DNA of 64,000 bases from Planctomycetes bacterium GWF2_41_51. GTDB lineage: Bacteria; Planctomycetota; Phycisphaerae; Sedimentisphaerales; UBA12454. The first letter of the stretch is position 1. Every line of letters starts with the position of its first letter. The notes under the pieces were generated by a model. That model searched no databases and was not told where the DNA came from. It saw only the letters and a program-made list of their open reading frames with translations. Shown here in pieces: positions 20,949-30,088 of the stretch. The position numbers and the translations under genes were made by a program. Where the stretch lies: NCBI GenBank assembly GCA_001825665.1, contig MHXZ01000103.1, forward strand, positions 5,993-69,992, given 5' to 3'.

Positions 20949-21947
20949 TCACCGATCTCCGGGCACTTTTACATATCCAGTTTTAATAAATGTTTTTGCC
21001 CACTGATAATTCCACAGTTCTGTTAGAGGCACCAATGCCACATGACCATCGGCAAACCCCAAATCAATCGCCATCCTGTGCCGTTTGATGCAGATTCTGT
21101 ATAGTCCCGCTTCGGCTACTGTATCTCTTTTGCCGCCTGTACCGGTTTCCAACTTATCAGCTGGCGGACCAACAGGTGTCCGATAAAGACCCGATCCCCG
21201 TTCGGGCAGTGCAATAGGATAAAAATCCACCCAGCTCGAATCGGCAAATACAGGAATATCAGATCTTAGAGGAACGTAGCTTCTCATAGTGCACAATGCC
21301 TTTCTAGGGGTTTCCAATAGATTGCCTAGATAATCACTAATTCCATCCTTATCATCGAGATCGATCCATAAACCTCCAACCCAGCCGTTCATTCCATACG
21401 ATCCTTCTATAGTTACTGTGGTGTTTGTCCAACCCCCATTAGTGCCAATATAACGCCATCGGTTCTTTGCCGTACCTGCAACTTGTTTGGTGATATCACT
21501 CGATGTGGGCTCTCCTGTAGATGGACATCTTAAAATTTTCATTTGCTTGGTCATATCCTGAACATTGGATGCTCCCTGGCCTTTGTTAATTTTATTTTGT
21601 TCGAGGTAAGGCGCCAACTGAGTCATCCAAAATGCGGCTCCGCCGGAACCACTTTTGTTGCCTGAAGTAAGTCCTTTATAATTACTTTCATTTAGATACA
21701 TCACGTGAGCCATTGCCAATTGCTTAAGATTCGATTTGCACAACGAGATTTTCGCCTGATCCCGTGCACGGCCTAACGCGGGCATTAATACCGCAAGCAA
21801 TATCGCTATTATCGAAATGACTACAAGCAGTTCGACCAGTGTGAACCCCGATACGGATTTTCCCGTACGATGCGTTCGTACAGTAGAACTGTAATTTGGT
21901 ATGAAGGTGAATCCTTTCAGACGTGATTCCGATACATGATTTTTCAT
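20949..21947 (-). CDS. Prepilin-type N-terminal cleavage/methylation protein, DUF1559-like, with H-X9-DG C-terminal motif
   Basis: [29 protein letters not shown]...[31 protein letters not shown]; start set at ATG 21947 after AAAGGG. Confidence 0.9.
   Translation of the reverse strand: MKNHVSESRLKGFTFIPNYSSTVRTHRTGKSVSGFTLVELLVVISIIAILLAVLMPALGRARDQAKISLCKSNLKQLAMAHVMYLNESNYKGLTSGNKSGSGGAAFWMTQLAPYLEQNKINKGQGASNVQDMTKQMKILRCPSTGEPTSSDITKQVAGTAKNRWRYIGTNGGWTNTTVTIEGSYGMNGWVGGLWIDLDDKDGISDYLGNLLETPRKALCTMRSYVPLRSDIPVFADSSWVDFYPIALPERGSGLYRTPVGPPADKLETGTGGKRDTVAEAGLYRICIKRHRMAIDLGFADGHVALVPLTELWNYQWAKTFIKTGYVKVPGDR
21840..21914 (-). repeat. Palindromic 66-bp in-frame insert between duplicated GFT codons in the prepilin leader
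   Basis: GGATTCACC (21906-14) and GGGTTCACA (21840-48) are 66 bp apart; internal hairpins TACAGT/ACTGTA and GTACGA/TCGTAC. Confidence 0.55.
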
Positions 21948-22017
21948 TTCAAAACCCTTTTCGAAATATTGAGCTATTCTAGAAACTGACTTGTCAGCCA
22001 TTATTATCTATTATACA

Positions 22018-22076
22018 ATATTACTAAAATCTCTTCAATTGTGAACGCCATTTATTATATCAAAAACGCCATTTAT
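22018..22076 (-). promoter_or_regulatory. Locus-A operator A2 plus -10 box (pilin promoter)
   Basis: Perfect direct repeat aacgccatttat at 22044 and 22065 (21 bp period); minus-strand TAATAT at 22018-22023. Confidence 0.75.
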
Positions 22077-22125
22077 TGCATTTTTAATAATCTTTATGTT
22101 TGGTTTTTCGCTTTGATAGTTAGCT

Positions 22126-22161
22126 AAAAAAAACAGGCGGACGCAACAAAATCCGCCTGTT
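22126..22161 (-). terminator. Intrinsic terminator
   Basis: 10-bp stem AACAGGCGGA/TCCGCCTGTT plus a T8 tract on the minus strand, just after the 22184 stop. Confidence 0.8.
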
Positions 22162-22183
22162 CATCAATTAATTTTGTACCAAT

Positions 22184-24229
22184 TTAATAACAATCCGGAT
22201 ATAAGCCGCATGACAGCCAACCGGAAACCAGTTCGGCAAGATCTGCGAAATCAACCTTGCAGTCCATATTTGCATCCAGCTCGGACGCATAAGGCGAGAT
22301 ACACAGTACCTTGTCAGGATCGGTAAATTCATTGTACATATCGAGAACTGACTGTGCACTGACCGGATGATTGAATATTCTGACATCATCAACAGTTCCG
22401 CCGAAAGGCTGATAAACAGTGCTGTGATCAGCAAATTCCGAGCCGATGTAAACAGCTTCATTGCAATCAAACGGTCCGGTGCCGGTCATTGTCATTGAAT
22501 TTACCTGGTTGGCATCAACGTATATTTTAGCTTCCTTTGTGGCGCCATCAAATGTTACAGTTATCATGTGCCAATTGGCGTCAACAACAACCAATGGAGA
22601 GCTAAGCGTTGAAAGGCCGCGGATAACAAAGCTGGCACTGCCCATTGGGGCATTAGTAGCGTTAGAACCTCTTATCTCCAACGCCCAGCCGGTTGCGCCT
22701 GTTGTATCGATGCTTGTGCGATGCTGCTTAGCGATGATACCGCTCCACGTTTTGTCCGTTCCTTTGATCCAGGTATTGACAGTAAGACCAAGTTTATAGT
22801 TGTTAAAAGCATTTTCACTGTTGGTAATCTTTATGCGGTTGTAATCAGGATCATCGGAAAATACGGCGGCGTTTCCGTTCCTGCCGGCCGCGTAAGTTAT
22901 CATGCCGCCGCCCGGCAAAATCGCACCGTTCCAATTACCCAAAGTATCATTGAGATTGTCATCGAGTTTCCACCATGCCATCTGACGCTCAACTTCAAGG
23001 AACACCAAATCGGAAGTGGTTGACCCGTCCGGTTTGCTGACAACGCAGTAGATATACTTGCCCGCATCGGCTAATTGAATATTTGTCAGCGTTAAACTAT
23101 TGGAATCTGTTCCGAGTGATGCATCTCCTGCATCGGCAACATTATCATTGGATATTTTCCACTGATAAGACAGCCCCGCTTCGGCAACAACACCGATATT
23201 GTAATTAGCGGTTCCATTAATTGTGGTAAGAACGCCGGCAGGCTGGATAACAATCACCGGGTTCGGTGCTCGTGTCGTAAATCTCCCCAATGCACCTGAG
23301 ACTATAGTCTGTGCAGCACCCGGCAGCGAATTATTAATGCTTTCATCTACGCGCCAGTAATAAATTGTTTCCGGAGTCAGGCCTGCCATGAAATAAGAGC
23401 CGGTATCCTGCACAGGAGAGCCTGCGGATACTTCCAGGGGCGTAACGCCAACAAAATTCGGGTCTGTCGAAATATATAAATAATGTTTTGTTATTTGTGA
23501 ATTAGGAAGATTCATATCTGCTGAACTTCTGCCGGTTGTCCAATTCAATGTAACATCGATGATACTGCCGTTAGCAGTGCCGACATTTGCTGCGTTCCAT
23601 CCGGGCGAAAGATTGTGGCCTGCAAGATACATATTTGTACCCCAATTGGCAGCGCCATAAGCTGCACCCGCCCAGGTATAGAATGTAGTAGGAAAAGCAA
23701 AATCACCGCCTAACCATCGGCAAAGTGAAAGGTCTTCATTGGAACCGAGGAAAAATGTATTCATCACGGGATATTGCGCTGCAGGATGCCTGTCATCGGT
23801 GCCGGCGTTATACATTCGAGCGTTTAATACATAAATTGTATCGGCGTTGAGCGTAATCGGATGAGGAAGTTTAGCATAACGCCAACCATCGATACGCTGC
23901 GCTGCGGTTCCAGCCGGTACAGTAACAGAAGCCAACAACTCTCCTGTGGAATCTGTCAACTTTCGCCACAGACCCACTTGATGAGATGTGGCAAGTCCAT
24001 CGGTATCTAAATCAATCACTCCGAGAGCATCGACTACACGGCTTACGGGGCCGAGATGAAATTCGCCACCGATATTGCCGTTATTGCGTATAGGAGATGA
24101 AATATTAAAGGCAGACAGTTTATATATCGCCGATCCATTGGCAATATCAGATATTGTATATGGGTCGGCCCATCCGGCAGAACTCAGGCAATACAGCAGT
24201 ATAAAAGAAACAAGACTTATTTTTTTCAT
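22184..24229 (-). CDS. Secreted multidomain protein: DUF4082-like, FN3-like, Ig, LamG and dockerin-like domains
   Basis: MKKISL signal after GAGG; VGLW...LLASVTVPAGT...GWRYA; YYWRVDE; YQW..IYCVV; WHMITVTFDG..IYVD..GTVDDVRIF; DANMDCKVDFADLAELVSGWL. Confidence 0.75.
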   Translation of the reverse strand: MKKISLVSFILLYCLSSAGWADPYTISDIANGSAIYKLSAFNISSPIRNNGNIGGEFHLGPVSRVVDALGVIDLDTDGLATSHQVGLWRKLTDSTGELLASVTVPAGTAAQRIDGWRYAKLPHPITLNADTIYVLNARMYNAGTDDRHPAAQYPVMNTFFLGSNEDLSLCRWLGGDFAFPTTFYTWAGAAYGAANWGTNMYLAGHNLSPGWNAANVGTANGSIIDVTLNWTTGRSSADMNLPNSQITKHYLYISTDPNFVGVTPLEVSAGSPVQDTGSYFMAGLTPETIYYWRVDESINNSLPGAAQTIVSGALGRFTTRAPNPVIVIQPAGVLTTINGTANYNIGVVAEAGLSYQWKISNDNVADAGDASLGTDSNSLTLTNIQLADAGKYIYCVVSKPDGSTTSDLVFLEVERQMAWWKLDDNLNDTLGNWNGAILPGGGMITYAAGRNGNAAVFSDDPDYNRIKITNSENAFNNYKLGLTVNTWIKGTDKTWSGIIAKQHRTSIDTTGATGWALEIRGSNATNAPMGSASFVIRGLSTLSSPLVVVDANWHMITVTFDGATKEAKIYVDANQVNSMTMTGTGPFDCNEAVYIGSEFADHSTVYQPFGGTVDDVRIFNHPVSAQSVLDMYNEFTDPDKVLCISPYASELDANMDCKVDFADLAELVSGWLSCGLYPDCY

Positions 24230-24291
24230 TTTATTTACCTCGCAAAATTCACGGTTCATTTTTTCAGTTGTACACACTGCTTAAATCGACT

Positions 24292-25878
24292 TTATTGACA
24301 CGCCGTAACCGGATGTCTGCCGCATGAAAGCCAATGTTTGGCAAATTCGGCCAGATCAATCATTTCTATCTTGCAGTTACCGTCCGCATCAAACCGGCTG
24401 TCGAACTCATTAAGACACAATGACTTATCCGGCTCGATAAAATCGTTGTAAATGTCTAATACCGCCTTGTTAGAGAGCGGATAAGTGAATATTCTCACAT
24501 CGTCAATCATGCCGCCGAAAGGATTATTATTTAACAAACCAAGCCCGCCGATAATGACGTTGTTTGCATCACCTGTCGGCGTTCCTGTAATTGTTCCTGT
24601 TACATCAAGAGCACCATCGACATAAAGCTTCGCAGTCTTTGCCGCTCCATCATAAGTACCGGTGATCAAATGCCATTGGCCATCGTTGACCACGGTTGTG
24701 CCGTTGGCAACGCCGCCTTCCTTGAAACCAAAGGCCGCGGTTCCATTGGTACGAGTATACATTTCCCAGCCCTTCCACGGAGTTGTGCTTTCCTTGCCCG
24801 CTATACCCATTTGATTCGGCTCACTCGTTTTAATCCAGGCACTTACTGTAAGGCCGCTGCTATAGAAGTTGAACGCATTGCTGCTGTTAGATATCTCAAC
24901 ACGATTGGTGCTGGCGATATCGCGAACAGTTTGAATTGCCTGATTGCTGATGCCGCTTACGTAAACCGGGGAAGCCCATGAGCCGTTAAAACCATTGCCC
25001 GATGCGTCATTAAGAGTGTTGTCAAATGTCCAATGTCCTAACAGCCGCTCTCGTTCTAACAATACTATCCTTGAGGTTACCGGAGCAGCGGGGAAATCTT
25101 CATTGGCGACAACGCAATAAACAAATTTGCCTATATCCGAGGCCTGTACAGCAAAACCAAGATTCTCCGAATCGGTACCAATTGCAGTATCGCCGCCATC
25201 TGCGATGGCATCAGTTGATTTATACCATTGATAATGTACTATTGATTGACTTGCAACACCGCAGCGAAATTGAGCGGTTGAACCTATCTCATCAACTACA
25301 ATGGCATCTGGCTGGTCCACTATAGCCAGCTTGTTTGGAAGTAAGCTGATGTAATCAATATAAAGCCACCCGTACTGTCCCCAAGGGTCAACATAATCTA
25401 CAAGATAAAGTGCCACGCCGAGGGTATTTCCGACCATATTTGGATAATCTGCGGAATTAAGTGACATTGTAAATTCTTCCCACTGCCATGGTCCGTAGTC
25501 TGGGTGTCCATAATAAAGAAACATTTCGCCGGAATACATTTCCGGTGGATTTCCAGCCCACATTCTCAGATTAAGACCATCTATTTTGCCATCGCCATTA
25601 CGCACCCTTACCTTCATTAAATAATTAGTATCGGGTTGAGTAACTATTCCGGTATTTTGATAAATACAAGTTCCGCTTGTCCAGCCCAAAGAACAGATTT
25701 TCTCATGATTGTCATAGTTGGCGTCAGCAAGGTTATAATAATTTGCCTGATTACCGTAAAGAGTCCATCCTGTTCCATTTGGCTCATCTTCAAAGTGCCA
25801 ATTGCGCACTAAATCGTCGGCATAGGCCGTTAAAACAGTAAAGAACATAACTGAAAGTACAACGATTACTTTTTTCAT
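24292..25878 (-). CDS. Secreted multidomain protein: CBM-like, Ig, LamG and dockerin-like domains
   Basis: Signal peptide, RBS GGAGG; LVRNWHFE...YIDYISL jelly-roll; LLGHWTFD..DGQWHLITGTYDG..GMIDDVRIF; DADGNCKIEMIDLAEFAKHWL. Confidence 0.75.
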   Translation of the reverse strand: MKKVIVVLSVMFFTVLTAYADDLVRNWHFEDEPNGTGWTLYGNQANYYNLADANYDNHEKICSLGWTSGTCIYQNTGIVTQPDTNYLMKVRVRNGDGKIDGLNLRMWAGNPPEMYSGEMFLYYGHPDYGPWQWEEFTMSLNSADYPNMVGNTLGVALYLVDYVDPWGQYGWLYIDYISLLPNKLAIVDQPDAIVVDEIGSTAQFRCGVASQSIVHYQWYKSTDAIADGGDTAIGTDSENLGFAVQASDIGKFVYCVVANEDFPAAPVTSRIVLLERERLLGHWTFDNTLNDASGNGFNGSWASPVYVSGISNQAIQTVRDIASTNRVEISNSSNAFNFYSSGLTVSAWIKTSEPNQMGIAGKESTTPWKGWEMYTRTNGTAAFGFKEGGVANGTTVVNDGQWHLITGTYDGAAKTAKLYVDGALDVTGTITGTPTGDANNVIIGGLGLLNNNPFGGMIDDVRIFTYPLSNKAVLDIYNDFIEPDKSLCLNEFDSRFDADGNCKIEMIDLAEFAKHWLSCGRHPVTACQ

Positions 25879-26074
25879 TAGTTATCCTCCAAAATTGTTA
25901 TTCCGTTAATTTATCGGCATGTTCCGGCAACTCATATAATGTATTTGCCGCGATACAGAGCCATTCGAATCTATTTCGCTGTTGCAGCCCGAGGCACTTC
26001 TCTGTTAGAAAAGAGCAAGAGGCAGAAACAGTAAAACTTTCAACTTATTAAAATCCATTCAGAATCCTGGCCAG

Positions 26075-26102
26075 GGAAATGCGCTTATTAAAGCGCATTT
26101 CC
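26075..26102. terminator. Perfect 12-bp hairpin after PEP-CTERM gene (terminator or RNA-stabilising stem)
   Basis: GGAAATGCGCTT-atta-AAGCGCATTTCC; no clear U-tract on the minus strand. Confidence 0.55.
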
Positions 26103-26122
26103 AAGACCTTTCATATACAATA

Positions 26123-26758
26123 TTATTCGTTTCTGCGACGAAGTCCAAACAAAGCACCAAGACCAAGTATCACCATTGTTGCAGGTTCTGGAACCAGAGT
26201 AACACTGTCGACCCATGACCACTTGTTACCGCCACTGGCGTTATCGGCAAACACACCTACCAGAATATTTTGGCCTACCCAATCAACGTGATCGGCAGTA
26301 TCGATTGTCAGACTGAATGAAGTCCACGGGCCTGGCTCAGCCACGACGGGGTAAGTAAAAGACTGCTTTTCCTGATAAGTCCAGGCACCAGCTTCCGATT
26401 GCCCCATGTTGTAAGTGCCGGCACCAATCTTCAATATAACGCCATTGCAGCCGTTAGAAGGATCGGAACCAACTACAGTCAGTGTATAAACTGTATCTGC
26501 CGCAAAAGTAATCGGAGTTATAGGACCGCCTAATTCGGCAGTACCAACTTGCTGAACAATACCCAGATTTCCCCAGTAGCCAAACGATATGATTGACGTG
26601 CTATCGCCCAAATCATAATCATACCAACTGCCCCATGTGCTGTGATTCCAGTGCGCGTACTCAGTTACATAATCAAAGTCGCCGTTCCTCAGCAAATTGG
26701 CAGCACTTACACATGATACCAACGCCAAAACTAAAAACAACATAAACACTTTTTTCAT
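26123..26758 (-). CDS. PEP-CTERM surface protein with CBM-like passenger domain
   Basis: RBS GGAGG, MKKVF signal peptide; C-terminus VPEPATMVILGLGALFGLRRRNE. Confidence 0.9.
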   Translation of the reverse strand: MKKVFMLFLVLALVSCVSAANLLRNGDFDYVTEYAHWNHSTWGSWYDYDLGDSTSIISFGYWGNLGIVQQVGTAELGGPITPITFAADTVYTLTVVGSDPSNGCNGVILKIGAGTYNMGQSEAGAWTYQEKQSFTYPVVAEPGPWTSFSLTIDTADHVDWVGQNILVGVFADNASGGNKWSWVDSVTLVPEPATMVILGLGALFGLRRRNE

Positions 26759-26860
26759 TTTTCTTTCCTCCAAAAAAAATAAGGTTTAAAATCTGCAAGG
26801 GGGAAAAAACTTCTTCCCTCTCCTTGTCTACAATATTCATTTATTATTACTTATGTTCCT

Positions 26861-26921
26861 ATTTTATCATTTTGTTAAATTCAATGCACCGCCATTTAGT
26901 GCATTTTTTCCCGCCAAAGTT
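26861..26921 (-). promoter_or_regulatory. Locus-A operator A3 plus extended -10 box
   Basis: cgcca at 26890 and 26912; minus-strand TGaTAAAAT with hexamer at 26861-26866. Confidence 0.65.
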
Positions 26922-26929
26922 TCCCTAAC

Positions 26930-29776
26930 TTAAAATGCTATTTTTAATTTGTTTGTTCTTACTGTACAGTTTTTATAAGACCTTATTGCGGCCGAATTAA
27001 CTCCAGCGTTGTCACCTATCTTATGCCAAGCTTCGTTAGGCTCATTTCTGGCTGCTATTGTTATCACATTTAAACCATGCCTGTTGAGCCAGCTATCTGG
27101 AAGATAAAACTCACGCTGCCAATCCACATGATGGTAGCGTCCTATAAGTTTGCCGTTCAAATAAATTAATGCATTATTGGATATATTAGCCTCAACATAT
27201 AGGGGTATTTGCCATTCATCTTTGAGGTCAAGAGCAAAACTCAACCGATACCAGCACACACCGTTGTAAGATTCAAGTTCAGGGATGTTTTTCCAATTGC
27301 CAAGAGGAACATTGATCCATTCTCTATCATCAAATTCAGGTTTGAAATAACTCTGGTCATCGCCCTCAATGCCTACCTTGATGTTCCAGCCGTCAATCAT
27401 CTTCTGCCAGGGCTTGTTGCCGCCGCCAATCAGGCTCACCGCCGCAAGTCCTTTAGGCTCACCAATGCCGATTTTCCCGCCCCCGCCAGATCCGCTGGCG
27501 TGAGGCATTCTTTCGAGTACCACCAAAATATGGTTCTCACCCTTTTTGAGATATTTCTGAACATTGAACTCTATTTTAGAATAGTGCCAGTACCCAGAGG
27601 TTTTGTTAACATATTGCCCATTAATGAATACCATCACAGGATCGCCAAGCATCGCGCTATTTGCGCCGCCGGTTCTGCCGGAGCCTTCATAAAAACGCAC
27701 GACCATGTTTTGAGAGTTGGAATCTTCGAACTTCGCCGAATAGACGACATATCCTTTGCCGAGTATTCCTTGCGCCTGAAGCGACTGCGTAAGATCAATT
27801 TTCCGCCAACCGCTTATCCCAGAAAAATCTTCGTGTTTGAATTTGGCCTCATTGAACGTTATTTCAGTAAACTGATATTCAGGTGTGGCATAATTTAATG
27901 AGAGCTTTCCGACAGATTTATCATATTCGAAATCCAAAGGTTTGCCGTTCAACTCAACAGACTTGGGGGAAGCAGGCAAATACGTGCTCAAATGCGTTGT
28001 ACCCTCAAACGTCTGGCTCTCAATTTCTACAAATCCTTCGCCCGCGCGCTGATTTTTGACCAGATAATTATTTGATATCAGCGGCACACTTTCGCCATTA
28101 TTTAGTTCTGCCATCCAGGTGGTATTAGCAAGTTCGCGATTGATAGCTATGAATACAACCTTACCGGCTGTTATATATTGCGGGTTCGCGGTATGCCTGT
28201 AATTAATTTCAAGTGTACTGGCATGATCGTTCCACGTATAATCCTCTGTCCCGACTACTTGCGGCCTGTCGATAAATTTTAAGCACACCTGACCTGAACC
28301 GTTTTCCGGGCCGTAGACCGTAATAATGGTCTTGCCTTTAATATTGCCAATTCCGAGTATTTCGGAAGTACAATATTTCATCATCGTAGTTTCATCGACT
28401 TTAATATTGCATGTCAGGATTATCATCTCTCGTGCAGGAAGACTTATACTCTCTTTCGATGGTATTGTAATGGTTTCATCAATGGCCGGATCCATATAAG
28501 AGATTCTAAATTGCTGATCCTTGTCTTCCTGTTCTCGTACAAAAAGAAAAACTGCATTGCCGTTAATTTTTTCAACAATCTTCGGCGGTTTTTTGCCTTT
28601 GCAGTCGATTATTGCAGCCCCATTCGCAAGAGGTCTCGAACGCACTTCAAGCGTACCGAAAGTCTTTAGCCACTGGCCTATCAATTTTATGGCATAATAC
28701 GACTCATCCAGTCCGCCCGGCTCTGAGATCGGACACCGAACCGGCGACCGGTCGGCATAAGTGGTGGACTGATAAGACGAACCCCAATACTCAAAATTTG
28801 TTCCGCCGTACGCCATATAATAGTTGGCAAGACTGCCGCCTTCCATCCAGATTGTCTTATTAACAGCCGTAAAATCCCTTGCGTCCAGCGCATCCATCTT
28901 CAGGTTTATCAGATTCGAGAACATTCCCTGTCCGCCCGGATTTTCCAGAACAATTGTCGGCCCGTTCTTTTCTTCTCTGCGGGACTGTGAAGTGCGTTTT
29001 TCTACTCTGTCGATACTTGACCATCTCACAACGCCGGTATTGTTGCCGTTTATTATGTCGGCCATCACCGGATCGTCATTGTCCCATGCGCAATCTGTAT
29101 CGCATGTAATGATTGGAACATCGATGCCAAGCTCCCGCACCATTTGATAGCAGGTTTTGAGAACCCCCCTTTTATAATCTGCGCCGCCGCCGTATTCATT
29201 TTCCACTTGCGCCAGAACAACGTTTCCGCCATTAGTAATTAGCCTGGGCCTGATAACTTTTGCAATATCTCCGTACCATCGTTTGACAAGCTCAACATAA
29301 TTTTTTTCATTTGTGCGAAGACTGGAATTCTCGATTCCTTCCGTAAGCAGCCATTCTGGATAACCGCCGTTGTCCCATTCGCCACATATAAAAGGCCCCC
29401 ACCGCGATATCACGTAAAGGTCGAGTTCTTTACAAAGGTCTAAAAAATTCTCGAGTTCAGAAAAATCGACGTTGCCTTTGACTCTCTCATGGTAATTCCA
29501 CGGAAAATAGCAGGTTACCGCGTTAAGGCCGGCAGCTTTCATTTTGAACAGCCGATCTTTCCAAAGTTCAGGAGCGCATCTGAAATAATGCATGCTGCCG
29601 CTGTAGAGAACGACATCTTTGCCATTTATTATGAAACAATCGTGATCGAAACTGATTGCCTTTGACAAATGAGGTTCTGCTGCGGAACATGGAGCGTGAG
29701 TCAGGAGGAATAAAACATGTATCAGCAAAACAACCGCCGACATCTTAAAAACACGGCCCGCATGGCAAACGACCAT
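26930..29776 (-). CDS. Beta-galactosidase, GH35, secreted, with C-terminal jelly-roll domains
   Basis: SGSMHYFR, KMKAAGLNAV..YFPWNYHE, GPFICGEWDNGGYP.WL, QVENEYG, NYYMAYGGTNF. Confidence 0.9.
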   Translation of the reverse strand: MVVCHAGRVFKMSAVVLLIHVLFLLTHAPCSAAEPHLSKAISFDHDCFIINGKDVVLYSGSMHYFRCAPELWKDRLFKMKAAGLNAVTCYFPWNYHERVKGNVDFSELENFLDLCKELDLYVISRWGPFICGEWDNGGYPEWLLTEGIENSSLRTNEKNYVELVKRWYGDIAKVIRPRLITNGGNVVLAQVENEYGGGADYKRGVLKTCYQMVRELGIDVPIITCDTDCAWDNDDPVMADIINGNNTGVVRWSSIDRVEKRTSQSRREEKNGPTIVLENPGGQGMFSNLINLKMDALDARDFTAVNKTIWMEGGSLANYYMAYGGTNFEYWGSSYQSTTYADRSPVRCPISEPGGLDESYYAIKLIGQWLKTFGTLEVRSRPLANGAAIIDCKGKKPPKIVEKINGNAVFLFVREQEDKDQQFRISYMDPAIDETITIPSKESISLPAREMIILTCNIKVDETTMMKYCTSEILGIGNIKGKTIITVYGPENGSGQVCLKFIDRPQVVGTEDYTWNDHASTLEINYRHTANPQYITAGKVVFIAINRELANTTWMAELNNGESVPLISNNYLVKNQRAGEGFVEIESQTFEGTTHLSTYLPASPKSVELNGKPLDFEYDKSVGKLSLNYATPEYQFTEITFNEAKFKHEDFSGISGWRKIDLTQSLQAQGILGKGYVVYSAKFEDSNSQNMVVRFYEGSGRTGGANSAMLGDPVMVFINGQYVNKTSGYWHYSKIEFNVQKYLKKGENHILVVLERMPHASGSGGGGKIGIGEPKGLAAVSLIGGGNKPWQKMIDGWNIKVGIEGDDQSYFKPEFDDREWINVPLGNWKNIPELESYNGVCWYRLSFALDLKDEWQIPLYVEANISNNALIYLNGKLIGRYHHVDWQREFYLPDSWLNRHGLNVITIAARNEPNEAWHKIGDNAGVNSAAIRSYKNCTVRTNKLKIAF

Positions 29777-29820
29777 AATACCTCCTTAGAACGTTGTAAC
29801 AATCTGCTTGCAGAGTACTA

Positions 29821-29880
29821 AGTGTATAACAACCACATAATTTAATAAACGCCACTTTTGTAACTTAATCCTCCAATTTT
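29821..29880 (-). promoter_or_regulatory. Locus-A operator A4 plus -10 box (GH35 promoter)
   Basis: aacgccactttt 29848 and tcctccaatttt 29869; minus-strand TACACT at 29821-29826. Confidence 0.6.
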
Positions 29881-29995
29881 TACTTTTCTATGCCTCAATT
29901 GTTACTCCGCCAGGGAACGTAAATCTATCCAGCCCATTGCTTCCTGTTGTCTATCTCCAGCCTTTCAGCAATTGACTGTCTATACAATGAATTCC

Positions 29996-30055
29996 AAAAT
30001 TGGCGATTTTACAACAAAAAATGGCGTTTAAATACTTGCTATTTGGGGGTATTTT
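29996..30055 (+). promoter_or_regulatory. Locus-A operator A5, inverted, upstream of the regulator (autoregulation)
   Basis: AAAATTGGCG 29996 and AAAAATGGCG 30017 on +, the reverse orientation matching the only + gene of the locus; TATTTT at 30050-30055. Confidence 0.7.
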
Positions 30056-30088
30056 ATTAAGGTTATGCAGTATGAAGAGCTTTAACCG

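Noticed and set aside
27209-27898. 229-aa + strand ORF and other long antisense ORFs (e.g. 41391..41948, 36994..37506)
   Set aside because: Fully antisense to well-supported genes, with no recognisable motifs
30065-30085. MQYEEL* mini-ORF in frame with the XylR gene
   Set aside because: Six codons, expected by chance; the regulator looks complete without it
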